Of a stretch of 64,000 bases of DNA, positions 1 through 12,400 are shown one piece after another; position 1 is the first letter of the stretch; each line of letters opens with the position of its first letter. Below the pieces are notes generated by a model, which saw nothing but the letters and a program-made list of their open reading frames with translations, made no database searches and had not been told where the DNA came from. Location: IMG/VR virus record IMGVR_UViG_3300013426_000019, positions 64,001 to 128,000 of that record; one strand, given 5' to 3'. The DNA is from a virus. Lineage: Duplodnaviria > Caudoviricetes. The position numbers were made by a program, and so were the translations under genes.

Positions 1-1
1 C

Positions 2-82
2 ATTGCAAGTCTTGACACGGCCGTAGGTAAAATCCCAACAGCAGACATTGCAGGTATTGTAGCAGGTACAACTACGGAATAA
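2..82 (+). CDS. 3' end of an upstream gene (partial)
   Basis: Open frame IASLDTAVGKIPTADIAGIVAGTTTE ending in TAA at 80-82, followed by a hairpin. Confidence 0.6.
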   Translation: MASLDTAVGKIPTADIAGIVAGTTTE

Positions 83-110
83 TCTTAGTGACTTAAGGTT
101 AAGATAACTA

Positions 111-132
111 AGGCCCTTCAAATGAGGGGCCT
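111..132 (+). terminator. Intergenic hairpin, terminator-like
   Basis: AGGCCCTTCA-AA-TGAGGGGCCT inverted repeat; no real U-tract. Confidence 0.5.
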
Positions 133-170
133 ATTGTTATGGTCACGTAAACAAACTAATTGCTATAGAG

Positions 171-1670
171 GTGAACTCAGTGGCAAACAATTACCATTAT
201 CTAGGACAAGACAGCCTAGCCCGACTATGGGACAATATAAAGGAATATTACAGTAGTGACATAAACTCCATACACATAGGAGACAACACAACAGCCACTA
301 CAAGAGACATATACTTAGAGGGCACAGACAACATAGCCACAACCAAATACGTCAAGGACTTAGTACTAGACACCCTAACAGGAGGACTAGCAGCAATACC
401 TGTAGTAGATGTAGAGGTTAATGGTGGATCGGTGTTAGACAATAGAGTAGCCAAAGTAGACATCCCAATAACGGCGATAAATGTCAAAGAGGGCAAGGTA
501 GTAGTCAACAATAGAACAGCCTACATTACACTACCAGTAACAGACATACGAGTTAAGGGTGAATCAATAGTACAGGATGGCGTAGCTACAATAGAGTATC
601 CTGATGCCCCAATACAAAGTATAAGTGTCAATGGTAACAAGCTAGAGGTAGTAGACAGCAATGTCAACGTAGTAGTACCTGCAATAAGTGTAGCAGGGAG
701 TATAAAGGAACCCACAGACAATATCATAGACATAACAATCTCAGACTTAGGAGCAGTAACAGAAGAGGAGTTAGGGACCTTAAGCAAGAAGGTAGACAAT
801 ATAGGGGCCCAACTAACACAACAAGCACTTAAAGATACAGCCTTAGAAGACTCCCTAAACGTCCAAACAGACAAACTGCAGACACTAACAGACAAGTTCG
901 GCGTGGCAGAGGGTCGACTTAACTCACTAGCGACATCAATAGGCAAACCTAGTGGCTTAGCAACATTAGGTGCAGACGGCAAACTTACAGGGAATCAGAT
1001 GCCTGATACACCTTATAAAGTATACAACACACAATCCGACTTGCCTGATCCTGGAGAATCTGGTATAATATATGTTGTCAAGGATAGTAGTAAGTTACTA
1101 ACCTGGAATGGAGAGAGCTATGCGCCGTTAGAGGGTAGGGATGAAGAGGCAGACAAAGCCATAAAGGATCACTTAGCTGATTACGACAATCCTCATAAGG
1201 TTACCAAGGATCAGGTAGGCTTAGACTTAGTAGACAACACAGCCGACTTAGACAAACCAATAAGTAGGGCTACACAAGAGGAGCTAGACAATAAGATAAA
1301 TATAACAGATGTAGTTGACTCTCTAGTAAGTCCGAGCAAAGACAAGCCTCTCAGCGCATATCAAGGAAGGGTCTTAAATGGTAAGATATCAGATACATCT
1401 AAACTTATAGAGAGCTTAGGATCTGTACTAAGGTTTAAGGGTGTACTACACAGCTTAGATGAGCTAAGAGCAGTTAAGGATCCTGAACAAGGTGATGCTT
1501 ATCAGATAAGGATAATTAATGATGATGGTACAGAGCAAGACGACAGCGGAGTGGTATATGCCTTCAATGGTAATGCATGGGTAGCTATATCGGTATCAAT
1601 ATCAGACATATCTGCTTCGATAGCAAGTACAGAAGAAGTATATCAAATAATAGAGAACTACGGAGGTTAA
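171..1670 (+). CDS. Tail fibre-like virion protein
   Basis: NPHKVTKDQVGLDLVDNTADLDKPIS and VVDSL..PLSAYQGRVL motifs typical of phage fibre proteins; N-terminal V.VNG..V repeats; coiled coil. Confidence 0.75.
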   Translation: MNSVANNYHYLGQDSLARLWDNIKEYYSSDINSIHIGDNTTATTRDIYLEGTDNIATTKYVKDLVLDTLTGGLAAIPVVDVEVNGGSVLDNRVAKVDIPITAINVKEGKVVVNNRTAYITLPVTDIRVKGESIVQDGVATIEYPDAPIQSISVNGNKLEVVDSNVNVVVPAISVAGSIKEPTDNIIDITISDLGAVTEEELGTLSKKVDNIGAQLTQQALKDTALEDSLNVQTDKLQTLTDKFGVAEGRLNSLATSIGKPSGLATLGADGKLTGNQMPDTPYKVYNTQSDLPDPGESGIIYVVKDSSKLLTWNGESYAPLEGRDEEADKAIKDHLADYDNPHKVTKDQVGLDLVDNTADLDKPISRATQEELDNKINITDVVDSLVSPSKDKPLSAYQGRVLNGKISDTSKLIESLGSVLRFKGVLHSLDELRAVKDPEQGDAYQIRIINDDGTEQDDSGVVYAFNGNAWVAISVSISDISASIASTEEVYQIIENYGG

Positions 1671-1681
1671 GGTTAACATAA

Positions 1682-4600
1682 ATGGACAAGGTACTAGGAT
1701 TAGAAGGTGCGCAGATACTATATGATGACAACCGTAAGAGAGTAGAGGATGTTAGGAAGGATCTTCAGAACATTGATAATCTTAAGGTAGACGGCGCCAG
1801 AGTATCAGAAGATGGCAAATACTTATACTTAACATCTCATGATGAAGATGTAGCAGGTCCTTACGGTCCCTTCAGTGGAGGTGGTGGGGGTGGTGGAGGC
1901 TCCGACAATGAAGCTAAACTTACAGTTATAAACCAATCAGGAGACATGCCGACAGCGGTACCTACAGGTGGCAAGTACGTTATCAAGTTATACTGGACCT
2001 CTATAGAGCAGGACATGCCAACGGGGTCAGGTACTATTGAAATTAAGGTCAACAAGGAGACTAAAGTATCGGGCAATATACCTCAAGGAGAGTATCAGAT
2101 TGACTTAATGCAATACCTAATAGTAGGTGACAACAGTATTAAGATTACAATATCAGATATCTATGAGAATGCTAGAACTGTTGCGTTCAGCGTTAGGGTA
2201 GTATCATATAGCTTAGTTGGTTCAGACAGCTTCGACCCTTCGCAGGCTTACAATAGTGCAATACCGTTCTCCTTCACAGCTAGAGGTGAAGGTACCAAGA
2301 CTATGCACTTCTTGATAGATGACAAAGAAGTCTTAACTAAGAACATAACATCAGCCAATAGAGAAGATACAGTTGAGCTGCCTAAACAATCGCATGGTGT
2401 GCACAGATTAGTTGCGTACTTCACAACAATGTTAAGTGGGGAGACTATAACATCCAACTCACTAAGTTACGACCTTATATGTTATGAAGAGGATAATCCA
2501 GCAACAATCATAGCATCATCATTGACAGATATTGAGGTTGACCAATATAGTACAATAAGCATACCCTACTACGTCTTCAATGCTCTACACAGTACAGTAG
2601 ATGTTGAGTATCTTATAAATGGTGAGGTAGTATCAACACTTACCAACGTAAGTAGATCACTGCAGACCTGGGTTAGAAGAGCTGAAGATGCCGGTGCTTA
2701 TACATATACAATAAGATCAGGTAGTGCATCTAAGGACTTCAAGGTATCTATAACTAAGCTCAACGTAGATATCTCAGCTGAGACAAGTGGTCTATCATTA
2801 CACTTAAGCTCTGAAGGTAGATCCAACAATGAGGAGCCTACTAAGAGGAGTACTTGGGAGTATGAGGGTATTAAGGCTCAGTTCAGAGGGTTCAATTGGA
2901 ACTCAGACGGTTGGGTACTAGACAATGAAGGCCACACTGTATTGAGAGCCAAGGACGATGCTAGAGTTGTTATACCATATCACCCATTCGGTACGTCTAG
3001 TGGCGACATTAAGTCAACAGGTAAGACCTTAGAGTTTGAGTTCGCCACAAGCAGTGTCTTCGATTACGATACACCTATTATAAGTTGCTTAAGTGGTGGC
3101 AAGGGGTTCCAGATTACAGCTCAACAAGCGTTGTTTGCCTCTAACGTTAGCTCCTTAAAGACACAGTATAAAGAGAATGAGCATGTTAGAATCTCGTTTG
3201 TTATTAACAATATAAGTAACAACAGACTCATATACTGCTACATTAATGGTATTATATCTGGCCTTATAACATACCCTGTTACTGATATATTCTATCAGAA
3301 CCCTGAAGTAGATATAACAATAGGCTCAGCAGATGCAGTCGTAGATGTCTACAGAATTAGAATATATGACAGAGCTCTAAGCAGGTTCCAGGTTGTAAAT
3401 AACTGGATTGCAGATATGCAGGATGGTGCTAAGTTACTTGAAGAGTATAGGCGCAATACAATATACGACGACAATGATAACTTATCTCTTGATCTAATTA
3501 AGACACACCTACCTACTCTACCTTATATAGTAGTATACACGGATGAGGTAACAGACAAGAAGGGTAACTTGGTAGGGCACTTACCTACCTACAAAGGAGA
3601 GAAGTTACTAGTAAGTGGCTATTATGTAGACCCAGTTAATCCTCAAAACTCCTTCAGTTGGAAGAACGGAGAGATAGACGTACAGGGTACCTCATCACAG
3701 GCATATCCTATTAAGAACTTCAAACTTAAGATCAAACGAGCAGATACTTATGAGGACGAGACAACTCGTAAGCCTACAGACTGCTCCGGGTTCATTATGA
3801 CTCAATTATCTGAAGAAGAAGGTAAGGAACATACAGAGAAGAAGTATCCTCTAAGAGGTTATGATGAGAGTGGCAAAGCCTTATCCATTAAGGAGAACAC
3901 GTTTGTCTTCAAGGCAGACTACGCATCTTCTGAAGGTTGTAACAACGTCGAGTTAGTAAGGTTCTACAACGATGTATGTACACAATATGTATATCCAACA
4001 CCCCCACAGCAGAAGGATAAGAAGATCCGTCAAGGCATAGACGGCTTCCCAATGGTATGGTTTGAGGTTAAGGGTGGCGAAGTTAAGTTTATAGGTAAGT
4101 ACAACTTCAACAACCACAAAGGTACAGAAGATACATATGGCCTAAGCTATGGAGGTGAGACCTTTGAAGAGACAGCAGAGAGTGATTATTATAGATCAAT
4201 AGTAGGTGCACCTGATGAATCTTGGGAAGTTACAGATAATAACAATCTTATAACATTGTGGAGAAGAGTAGCGGGAGATGCTACTAAGACGACTATAACA
4301 GACTCTGCGGGCAGACCTACAACTTATGATGTATATATCTCAGGAGATAACTTTGAGTTAGTTAAGACAAGATCTCTGGAAGCTATATACTTAGGTAGCA
4401 GTAGTAGCATAGATAAGAACGAGTATCCTAAGTACACTACATGGGCAACTGAATGGCAGAAGACTTATACAGACCTAAACAGCTGGATTACAGGCTACGC
4501 CCTGACAAGTATATATGATGCAGGTGAAGGATTAGACGATGAGACTAAAGCTCAGCGAGACCTTATAATACTCACAATGAAGAAGGATATAAGAGACTTG

Positions 4601-7600
4601 TTCAGTCTTACTGAAGTAAGTTCTCCAATAAGCCCTGAAGAAGATATGCTAGGTGAGTGGGGTAAAGGTGAAGCGGTAGCACATGCCTTTGAGGTCAGAT
4701 TCCCAGGAGAATGGTACGATGCCCACACAGAGGGTCAGCCTGAAGTAGTTAAGGTAGATAGGTTTGTTGCCTTGCAGAAGTGGGTAGTATCTACAGATCC
4801 TAATAAAGTAACAAATGAGAAGTTAGAGAAGCCAGTAACTTACGCGGGCACAACTTACGACGTAGATAACGAAGCCTATAGATTAGCTAAGTTCAAGAAT
4901 GAGTTAGGCTTATACTTCGATATTGAAGATACCTTGTTCTATTATATATACACAGAGTTGTTCCTGATGATTGACTCTCGTGTCAAGAACTCATTCCCAA
5001 CATACTACTCAATCAATCATGATGTTCAGGCCTTTGAAGCTACCACAGGAGAACCTCTATATGAGGAATGTGGTAAGAAGGATGTAATTGAAGAAGGTAA
5101 GTCCTACTTCAAATACACAGAGTCAGAAGACGGCAATGTAACATATGAGCCATTTGAAGGCAATATAGGAGATAGCGCAGTAGACAGCGATGGTAACAAG
5201 CTCTACACTTATATGATGACTCAAGCGGAGACTCTGGATAAGAATGGTTGGCCACTAGGTAGATGGTGTTGGTTGCCGTATGATATGGATACTGGTATAG
5301 GTATCAATAACGAAGGATTACTTGTCTTCGATTACAGCTTAGAAGATACTGAAGCCTTAATAGGTGATAGAGTAGTCAAGATAGGAACACCAGGCAGTGA
5401 AGATGGCGTACCTGTATTCAATGGTGCATCCTCGGTACTGTGGAATAATGTCAGGAAGTGCTTCTCAAGTGAGATAGCCGATAGATATGTAACACTGCGA
5501 GGCGGTGCTATGTTCAATTATGACACTATTGAGAAGAGATACGAAGATCACCAGTATATGTGGCCTGCAGCAATCTTCAACGAAGATGCATATTATAAGT
5601 ATATCCTACCACTCCTAACAACAGGTGAAGACAGATTAGGTATGTGCTTAGGATCTAAAGAGCAACAGCGCAAGTGGTGGATGTTCAATAGATTCAGGTT
5701 CTTGGATAGTAAGTACGTAGCAGGCGATGCAGTCAACAGTAGAATCAGCTTCAGAGTTAACGACTTAGCAGGAGACAAGACAATCAGAATCACACCTTAC
5801 ATAGACCTCTACGTTAAGGTTAAGCAAGGTGAGGCCTGGGAATCTACCCCTACTAAGGTATACAGAAACAAAGAGTTACCCGTATATATCAACGTACCAG
5901 AAGCAGGAGACACTGAAGCCTACATATACTCAGCTGATCAGATTAAGGAGATCAAGGGTCTTAACCAGAGCCTACATATAAGTACACTGGATATCTCTAA
6001 GGCAGTTAACCTACAACATCTAGACGTGTCCTCTACAGATAGTGTTAAGGGTAATACAACACTAGCACAGCTAGCAGTGGGAGCTAATACACTACTTAGA
6101 AGTATAGATGCCCGCAATTGCAGAGTATTAGGGGATATATCTCAGAAATACTTCACAACAGTAGTAGACTTATCTCAGTGTGAACAATTAGAAGAGGCCT
6201 ACTTCAATGGTACTAAGTTAGCAACAGTTATGTTACCTGAAGGAGGCAGACTTAGAACAGTATATCTACCATCCTCGATAACAACACTCAACATTGAGAA
6301 CCAGGGTAAGATCAAAGATATACAGATCCTAGACTTTGATGGTAATTGGGATACATCTAACATTGAGACTCTTATTATAGACAACGTCAATACTGAGGTG
6401 CAGTTAATAGCCCTAGATATTATACATACTCTAAAGTCAGGCAGCTTTGTTAAGTTCAGAGGGTTCGATATAACCTTAGACTCTAAAGATAAGTTCACAG
6501 AGTTCATAGATAAGTTGTTTGAGTTGAGAGGTGAAGGTGGTACAGATGTTAATGTTGCAAATATCCAGGGTACAATACATCTCAAGACAACTGAAGTAAT
6601 TGACTATGCTTACTACAAGAGAACAATAGATAGATTCAAGGACCTTATAATAGATGCAGAAGTAGCTAAGACAGTGCAGTTCTACAACTACGACGGCACA
6701 GTTAAGCTAGATACTCAGGTATCAACAGATAACTCAGCTGCTACAGGAAGAGTAGAGTACAAAGGTGAAGCACCAACCAAGCCAGATACAGTTAAAATAC
6801 ACTATGTCTTCGACGGCTGGACCTTAACTCCAGGTGGTGCCTTGGAGGAAGATATCCTAGATAATATAACAGGAGATCTTATAGTATATGCTCACTTCAA
6901 GGAGATCCCAATATATTATGTCAACTTCTACAACTATGATGGTACAGTTAAATACCACACAGGTTACACTTATGATGTGGGAGATGTTGAATATAAAGGA
7001 GATAAACCTGCGTATAACGATGAGAAGTTTGGAACAGTAGAGTTTATGGGCTGGGGCACTGTAAAGTATGGTAGTGCAAATCTAATCTATGAATCTGGCA
7101 AGATTAGAGGCGTAGATAGAGACATCGAAGCTTATGCCATAATGAACTGGCCAATTATATCGTTTGAGGTAACCAAGAACCCCGACAGGCTTAACTATTG
7201 GCCTCGCAAAGAGGAGAATGGCGAGGTACTATATGAAGGTGACTACATAGACTTAGAAGGCATAGAGGTAACATCTGTTAAGTCAACTCCTAGTGGTAAT
7301 CAAGAAGCTCAACTATTGTCTTACGATTATGAGCCTAAAACAAGACTTACCACGGATAATCACACCATTACAATATCTACTAGAGGTAGAATAGAGGGTG
7401 CTGACACAACAATAGAGAGAACTCTCAATATTGGCCTAGCAGTAAGCAGCAGACTCATGAGGGAGGCTGACAGATCCGTGTTCTTCTTAGAGGATGATTG
7501 GGATCCAGAAGGCATGGAGGTTGAATATACCTTCGATAACAGTGAGACTGAGTTAGTCCACATACCTGCTAAGACTGAAGGAGTATGCAGTTGGGTACCT

Positions 7601-8788
7601 GAGAAGATCACTGAGGTAGGCTGGAAGGGCATAGAGGTTAACTACAAAGGCTTCAAGACAATGACAAGGGCATTTGGCGTTAAGAACATAGGTAATCTTA
7701 ATGAGACGGATTGGGAGACAATCTCAGCTGTATCTCAGGCAGGTCTAGCAGCTAACTGGTGGAGTATTGGCGACACCAAGACAGTGTACCTTAAGGCGCC
7801 TAATGAGATAGGTTACAAAGAGACAACAGCCTGGCAAGGAGGGCTCAACACCTACAGGATTATAGCGTTCGATCATAACATGGATGTAGAGAGTCCTAAT
7901 AGACACACCATCACCTTTGCATTAGCAACAAGTTCAATGGACGTATACGACTATACGATAGTAGATAAGTTACCTGATAAGTTAGAAGGGGAGGAGGGGT
8001 CTAGAAAGACGTATGCAATATCCAAGGATGAGATAGGACAGTACTACGACTTATATTATTATAATAACAGCACAGAGTTCGAGGTATCTAAACACTATAT
8101 AGGTAGAGCAGAGTGCTTGAGTGGATATAATGGCAAGAAGATCATGAGAGTAGAGTTAGAGGTAGCTCATGCAGGGGGTATGATGTCTACACCTAATGAT
8201 GGTAGTGAATACAGTGGTGTTAAGTATAGCTGGGGTAAGGGATGTAATCTCAGAGAGATATGCAAGAAGTACCCTGAAGCGATGCCTAAGGATATGCAAG
8301 CAGTCCTCATAGATGTAGTTAAGAGTCAGAGAGACACGGCGCTTGAAGAGTATCCTTGGCCATTAGATGCAGCATCCTCTAATCGTTGGGACTTCAGCAC
8401 TAAGATAAGAACCCAGTATGACAGGGTATATATAGCAAGTTGGATGGAGTTAACAGGTTCTGGTAGGAGTAATCTAATGTCAGCAACACCTCCTGGACTA
8501 ACAACAATACAGGGGGCAGATGAGTCCGAATGTTGCAAGCAGTTTGAGTACTACAAGAACGGGGGTTCTACTCTGAGACTTAAGTTCGGCCAGTTAGGTA
8601 CTACAGTATATGCAACGTCTTACCCAACTAGATCTTATGAAGCGTTCAGATGGATACCAGCTTATCTGTCTACACCAGAATACTTCTCAAATTACTATGC
8701 TTGGGTAGGTTATGATGGCGACTTACAGAACTATATATGGTCAACAACAGATGCGACTGCTCCGTTTGTGCCAATCTATACTGTATAA
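1682..8788 (+). CDS. Giant multidomain virion protein (LamG-like, CotH kinase-like, LRR-like, Ig-like repeats, C-terminal DUF6273/CLec-like)
   Basis: 2368 aa; YIN G...DVYRIRIYDRAL (LamG-like); QGTSS..YPIKNF, GKYNFN, MIDSRVKN, LPYDMDTG (CotH-like); two V.FYNYDGT repeats; DWETISAVSQAG..W.IGD.K (DUF6273-like). Confidence 0.65.
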   Translation: MDKVLGLEGAQILYDDNRKRVEDVRKDLQNIDNLKVDGARVSEDGKYLYLTSHDEDVAGPYGPFSGGGGGGGGSDNEAKLTVINQSGDMPTAVPTGGKYVIKLYWTSIEQDMPTGSGTIEIKVNKETKVSGNIPQGEYQIDLMQYLIVGDNSIKITISDIYENARTVAFSVRVVSYSLVGSDSFDPSQAYNSAIPFSFTARGEGTKTMHFLIDDKEVLTKNITSANREDTVELPKQSHGVHRLVAYFTTMLSGETITSNSLSYDLICYEEDNPATIIASSLTDIEVDQYSTISIPYYVFNALHSTVDVEYLINGEVVSTLTNVSRSLQTWVRRAEDAGAYTYTIRSGSASKDFKVSITKLNVDISAETSGLSLHLSSEGRSNNEEPTKRSTWEYEGIKAQFRGFNWNSDGWVLDNEGHTVLRAKDDARVVIPYHPFGTSSGDIKSTGKTLEFEFATSSVFDYDTPIISCLSGGKGFQITAQQALFASNVSSLKTQYKENEHVRISFVINNISNNRLIYCYINGIISGLITYPVTDIFYQNPEVDITIGSADAVVDVYRIRIYDRALSRFQVVNNWIADMQDGAKLLEEYRRNTIYDDNDNLSLDLIKTHLPTLPYIVVYTDEVTDKKGNLVGHLPTYKGEKLLVSGYYVDPVNPQNSFSWKNGEIDVQGTSSQAYPIKNFKLKIKRADTYEDETTRKPTDCSGFIMTQLSEEEGKEHTEKKYPLRGYDESGKALSIKENTFVFKADYASSEGCNNVELVRFYNDVCTQYVYPTPPQQKDKKIRQGIDGFPMVWFEVKGGEVKFIGKYNFNNHKGTEDTYGLSYGGETFEETAESDYYRSIVGAPDESWEVTDNNNLITLWRRVAGDATKTTITDSAGRPTTYDVYISGDNFELVKTRSLEAIYLGSSSSIDKNEYPKYTTWATEWQKTYTDLNSWITGYALTSIYDAGEGLDDETKAQRDLIILTMKKDIRDLFSLTEVSSPISPEEDMLGEWGKGEAVAHAFEVRFPGEWYDAHTEGQPEVVKVDRFVALQKWVVSTDPNKVTNEKLEKPVTYAGTTYDVDNEAYRLAKFKNELGLYFDIEDTLFYYIYTELFLMIDSRVKNSFPTYYSINHDVQAFEATTGEPLYEECGKKDVIEEGKSYFKYTESEDGNVTYEPFEGNIGDSAVDSDGNKLYTYMMTQAETLDKNGWPLGRWCWLPYDMDTGIGINNEGLLVFDYSLEDTEALIGDRVVKIGTPGSEDGVPVFNGASSVLWNNVRKCFSSEIADRYVTLRGGAMFNYDTIEKRYEDHQYMWPAAIFNEDAYYKYILPLLTTGEDRLGMCLGSKEQQRKWWMFNRFRFLDSKYVAGDAVNSRISFRVNDLAGDKTIRITPYIDLYVKVKQGEAWESTPTKVYRNKELPVYINVPEAGDTEAYIYSADQIKEIKGLNQSLHISTLDISKAVNLQHLDVSSTDSVKGNTTLAQLAVGANTLLRSIDARNCRVLGDISQKYFTTVVDLSQCEQLEEAYFNGTKLATVMLPEGGRLRTVYLPSSITTLNIENQGKIKDIQILDFDGNWDTSNIETLIIDNVNTEVQLIALDIIHTLKSGSFVKFRGFDITLDSKDKFTEFIDKLFELRGEGGTDVNVANIQGTIHLKTTEVIDYAYYKRTIDRFKDLIIDAEVAKTVQFYNYDGTVKLDTQVSTDNSAATGRVEYKGEAPTKPDTVKIHYVFDGWTLTPGGALEEDILDNITGDLIVYAHFKEIPIYYVNFYNYDGTVKYHTGYTYDVGDVEYKGDKPAYNDEKFGTVEFMGWGTVKYGSANLIYESGKIRGVDRDIEAYAIMNWPIISFEVTKNPDRLNYWPRKEENGEVLYEGDYIDLEGIEVTSVKSTPSGNQEAQLLSYDYEPKTRLTTDNHTITISTRGRIEGADTTIERTLNIGLAVSSRLMREADRSVFFLEDDWDPEGMEVEYTFDNSETELVHIPAKTEGVCSWVPEKITEVGWKGIEVNYKGFKTMTRAFGVKNIGNLNETDWETISAVSQAGLAANWWSIGDTKTVYLKAPNEIGYKETTAWQGGLNTYRIIAFDHNMDVESPNRHTITFALATSSMDVYDYTIVDKLPDKLEGEEGSRKTYAISKDEIGQYYDLYYYNNSTEFEVSKHYIGRAECLSGYNGKKIMRVELEVAHAGGMMSTPNDGSEYSGVKYSWGKGCNLREICKKYPEAMPKDMQAVLIDVVKSQRDTALEEYPWPLDAASSNRWDFSTKIRTQYDRVYIASWMELTGSGRSNLMSATPPGLTTIQGADESECCKQFEYYKNGGSTLRLKFGQLGTTVYATSYPTRSYEAFRWIPAYLSTPEYFSNYYAWVGYDGDLQNYIWSTTDATAPFVPIYTV

Positions 8789-8803
8789 GAGGAGAAGAGA
8801 TTA

Positions 8804-9265
8804 ATGGACTATTATATATGTGTCAAGACTTATGAAGGTAGGGATCTAACGGGCAAGAAGGTTACAATACCAATTGGTTCGAGATTAGAGGCTAAGGGAG
8901 ACTTCCTGTATTGGGAGTCTATCCCCCTATGTACCTGGCGAAGTGACGTAGCTAAGAAGAACTTTGTGTGGGATGATAACTTCGAGTTAAGGGTATGGTA
9001 TCAGAATACAATCCTAGATGGAGACAGAGTAAGGACCTGGATTGAGAGGGTACCTAACTACGATGATAAGGGTAGAATTATAGGTACAAGAGAGGTTATA
9101 ATGCATGGCCCTTATAAACCAGAAGAGGTACTCTATATTAAAGAGCATTACCCTGACTTGGTACAGGCCGGTGAGGTTATAAACTACAGTGATGGGTTCT
9201 ACAAAGCTAGTATAGATAGATTAGAATCATTGGCTGAATATTGCAAGAGTATTGTGAACACTTAA
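8804..9265 (+). CDS. Hypothetical protein
   Basis: 153 aa ORF with AGGAG RBS, directly after the giant gene. Confidence 0.7.
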   Translation: MDYYICVKTYEGRDLTGKKVTIPIGSRLEAKGDFLYWESIPLCTWRSDVAKKNFVWDDNFELRVWYQNTILDGDRVRTWIERVPNYDDKGRIIGTREVIMHGPYKPEEVLYIKEHYPDLVQAGEVINYSDGFYKASIDRLESLAEYCKSIVNT

Positions 9266-9477
9266 GGTTATATTAGATAATAGAAGATGCAAGTGAGGAG
9301 GTCATACTCTCTGTCTTAAAATAGAGGGGACCTCTTAACCACACTAATTAAATGAATAAATCTTGGACGATATTGCCTTAAGTTAAAGTGAATCAATTAT
9401 GTTAAGTTTGGGAGGCTCTAAGATTAAATAAGGAGCCTCTTAGTTATTAAAGCAATATCATTAGGGAGATAAAAAAA

Positions 9478-12400
9478 GTGGCAATACCAGGCGAAGATAT
9501 ATATAAGTTCAATCCAACATCGCGCCAATATCTAGACAGAGAAGGCTTAATAGAATATACAAGTAAAATAAAGAGCAAGATTGCAGAGGATATTACAGCC
9601 GATCTTGGGAAGAAGATAACAGCGGAATCTGAAGCTCGTGCTGCAGGAGATAGTGCTCTACAACAGAGTATAAACAATCTGCCTGCTAAAGCCTACTCTA
9701 AAATAACAGCTGTATCAGGATCTACAACCACAGCCGTAGAAGCTTCGGGCAAGGATAGTGAATTAAAGTTAAAAGCTGGAAGTAATGTAGCCTTAGGCGT
9801 AGATACAACCAATAAAACAATCACAATCAATGCCACTGATACAAAATATGTCGCAGCCACTACTAGTGCTCCTGGCTTAATGTCTAAAGAGGACAAGGTT
9901 AAGTTAGATGGTATTGCTACTAATGCTAATAAGTACACCTTACTTCCTGCAACATCAGATGCACTAGGCGGTGTAATGGTTCTTGCTAACTCTGGAATAG
10001 AATTAGCTCCAGACGGTAAAATCAGCCTTACTAAAGATAAGTTAGTGCAGATGATAGGTGCCTTCGCAGGAGCAACAGCATCTACAGCAGGACAAGTAGG
10101 TCTTGTACCAGCACCTGCCAAAGGAAGTACAAGCTTATACTTAAAGAGTGATGGTACCTGGGGGACACCTACTAACACAGTATATACCCACCCAAATTCA
10201 GGAGTAAAAGAGGGTACATATAGATCAGTAACAGTTAATGCACAAGGACACGTAATAGAAGGTACTAATCCTACAACACTTGATAAGTATGGTATTACTG
10301 ATGCCAAGATAGTAAGTGGTACTATAACATTAGGTACAGCCACAATTACCCCTCTAACAAGTAGCAGTGTTACGGCCACAAACAATACTGCAAGTTGGGG
10401 AAGTGCTGTAGTAGTAGGCAAGGTAGGAAGCACTGACCTCAAGTTCATAATGCCTGCTAAAGTAGCAGCGTCTATTATAGATGGCACGCTTGCCGATGCG
10501 CAGATACCTAAGCTTGCACTAGGTAAAATAAATTCTGGGGCCATAGCTCTAACAGGCGGTGCTATAGGTACTCAAAATCTCAGCGGCAGTAATAGTGTAT
10601 CTATAAATGTATCAGAAGTTAAAGAAGGATACTTAACTTGGGGAGGTAAGAACCTCATGGGCGGCTTCGGTCCTATAGATGCAGCTATGATCCCAACCTT
10701 AGGGGCTAACAGACTAGAAGCTTGTAAGGCTGCTGGTATTACAGTAGAGTATTCAAGAGATGGAGGTTCTACTTGGACTGATTATGGGCTGAGTGATATA
10801 GAAAAGAGAAGGCTCTTAGGTTCTTATAGTTCTTCTATTAAGGTGGGCAAGGCTACTAATAGCGACCAGTATAAGGCAAATTATCAAGTAAGAGTAACTT
10901 TAGATACATCGAAGTGTGGTGTATATACAAATTTAAATAAATTTGCAATATATATATCCACAGGAGGAATGCCAGGGACTTACTGCACCATAGAGGCCGC
11001 ACCTAAGGCAAGTCCAACAGCTTGGGAAGTTAAAGTTAATAAACAAGCAATATCTGGTTGGAGTGGTTGGAATATAATAAATACACCTACAATTACTACT
11101 ACTAATGGTTCCTCTTATTATGGTTGGATAAGGTTTACCTTTGGGGGCACTGGAGTAAATACCACACATCCTGAACAGGGCTTGAGTATCTTCAATATTC
11201 TGGGCTTCGGGGGTGTAGGATGGGCTACGCCATCTACATGTGCAAAATACGGGGTACCTTATAAGTATTACGCTGTAGATGCTTCTAGTGAGCCTACAAC
11301 AGAGTTCTCGGGACCAGTAAAGGTATCCAACCTCTCAGCTACAACTGTTACCACTACAACTGTCATAGGCTCCTTAGGTAGTTCAGATGGCACCATGAAG
11401 ATCTACGCCGAAAAGAATAATGAGCTTAACTTCGGTGGAAATAATGTTGGAAATAATACCATCTTCTTCGGTTTTAGAGCTAAAGACTCCAAAGCAATAC
11501 CTGCTAAGTTCGTTATGGGGGGAACCTCAGGAACAGCAGAAGTAGTAGCTACTAAGTTCACGGGTGCTCTAAATGGCAATGCAACAACGGCGACAGCCTT
11601 AACCTCTAAAGGTATAGGATCTGAAATACAACCTGTATACTTCGATGCAAACGGTAAACCTGTAGCTATAAGTTATACAATAGAAAAGAGCGTACCTTCA
11701 GGTGCGGTGTTTACGGATACCCACTTCACAACAGGATTAGTAACAAGTAACTCTGCAACGGGAACATCTAATGCAGCTGCTACTGATGGCAATGTATACC
11801 TCAACTTAAAGGATAACTCTACAATCCGTAACTCCCATAAGATTATAGGAAGTGGGGCAACCACCGTAACTAGTGATGCTAGTGGCACAATCACTATTGC
11901 ATCAACTAATACAACATACTCCGCAAGTACCGGAATATCCCTTAGTGGTACTACCTTCAGTAACTCAGGTGTTAGAGCTATCAACCCAGGCTCTGCTAAT
12001 GGTACTATATCAGTTAATACTAATGGTACTGTAGCAGATGTAGCAGTAAAGGGCCTAGGCACAGCCGCCTATGAAGCAAAAACAGCCTTCGCTCTTGCAG
12101 ACCACTCACATAGTAATTACGCCTCCTCAGTTAAAACAACAGGAACAGGAAATGCCATTACAACTATCACTCAGAGTGGAAATGAAATAACTGCAACCAA
12201 AGGCTCTACGTTCTTGACATCACATCAAGATATAAGTGGCAAAGCCAATCTCAGCGGGGCCACCTTTACGGGTGCTGTCGCTATTACGAATACTACAGCC
12301 AGCTCCAGCACAACTACAGGTGCTCTTAGAGTATCAGGAGGTATTGGCGCTCAGGGATCTATTTATGGGGCAAGGGTCTACAATGCAGTTTGGAATGACT

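Noticed and set aside
8500-8788. DGR variable region in the CLec-like C-terminus of the giant protein
   Set aside because: No template repeat or reverse transcriptase in this window; cannot be excluded elsewhere in the genome
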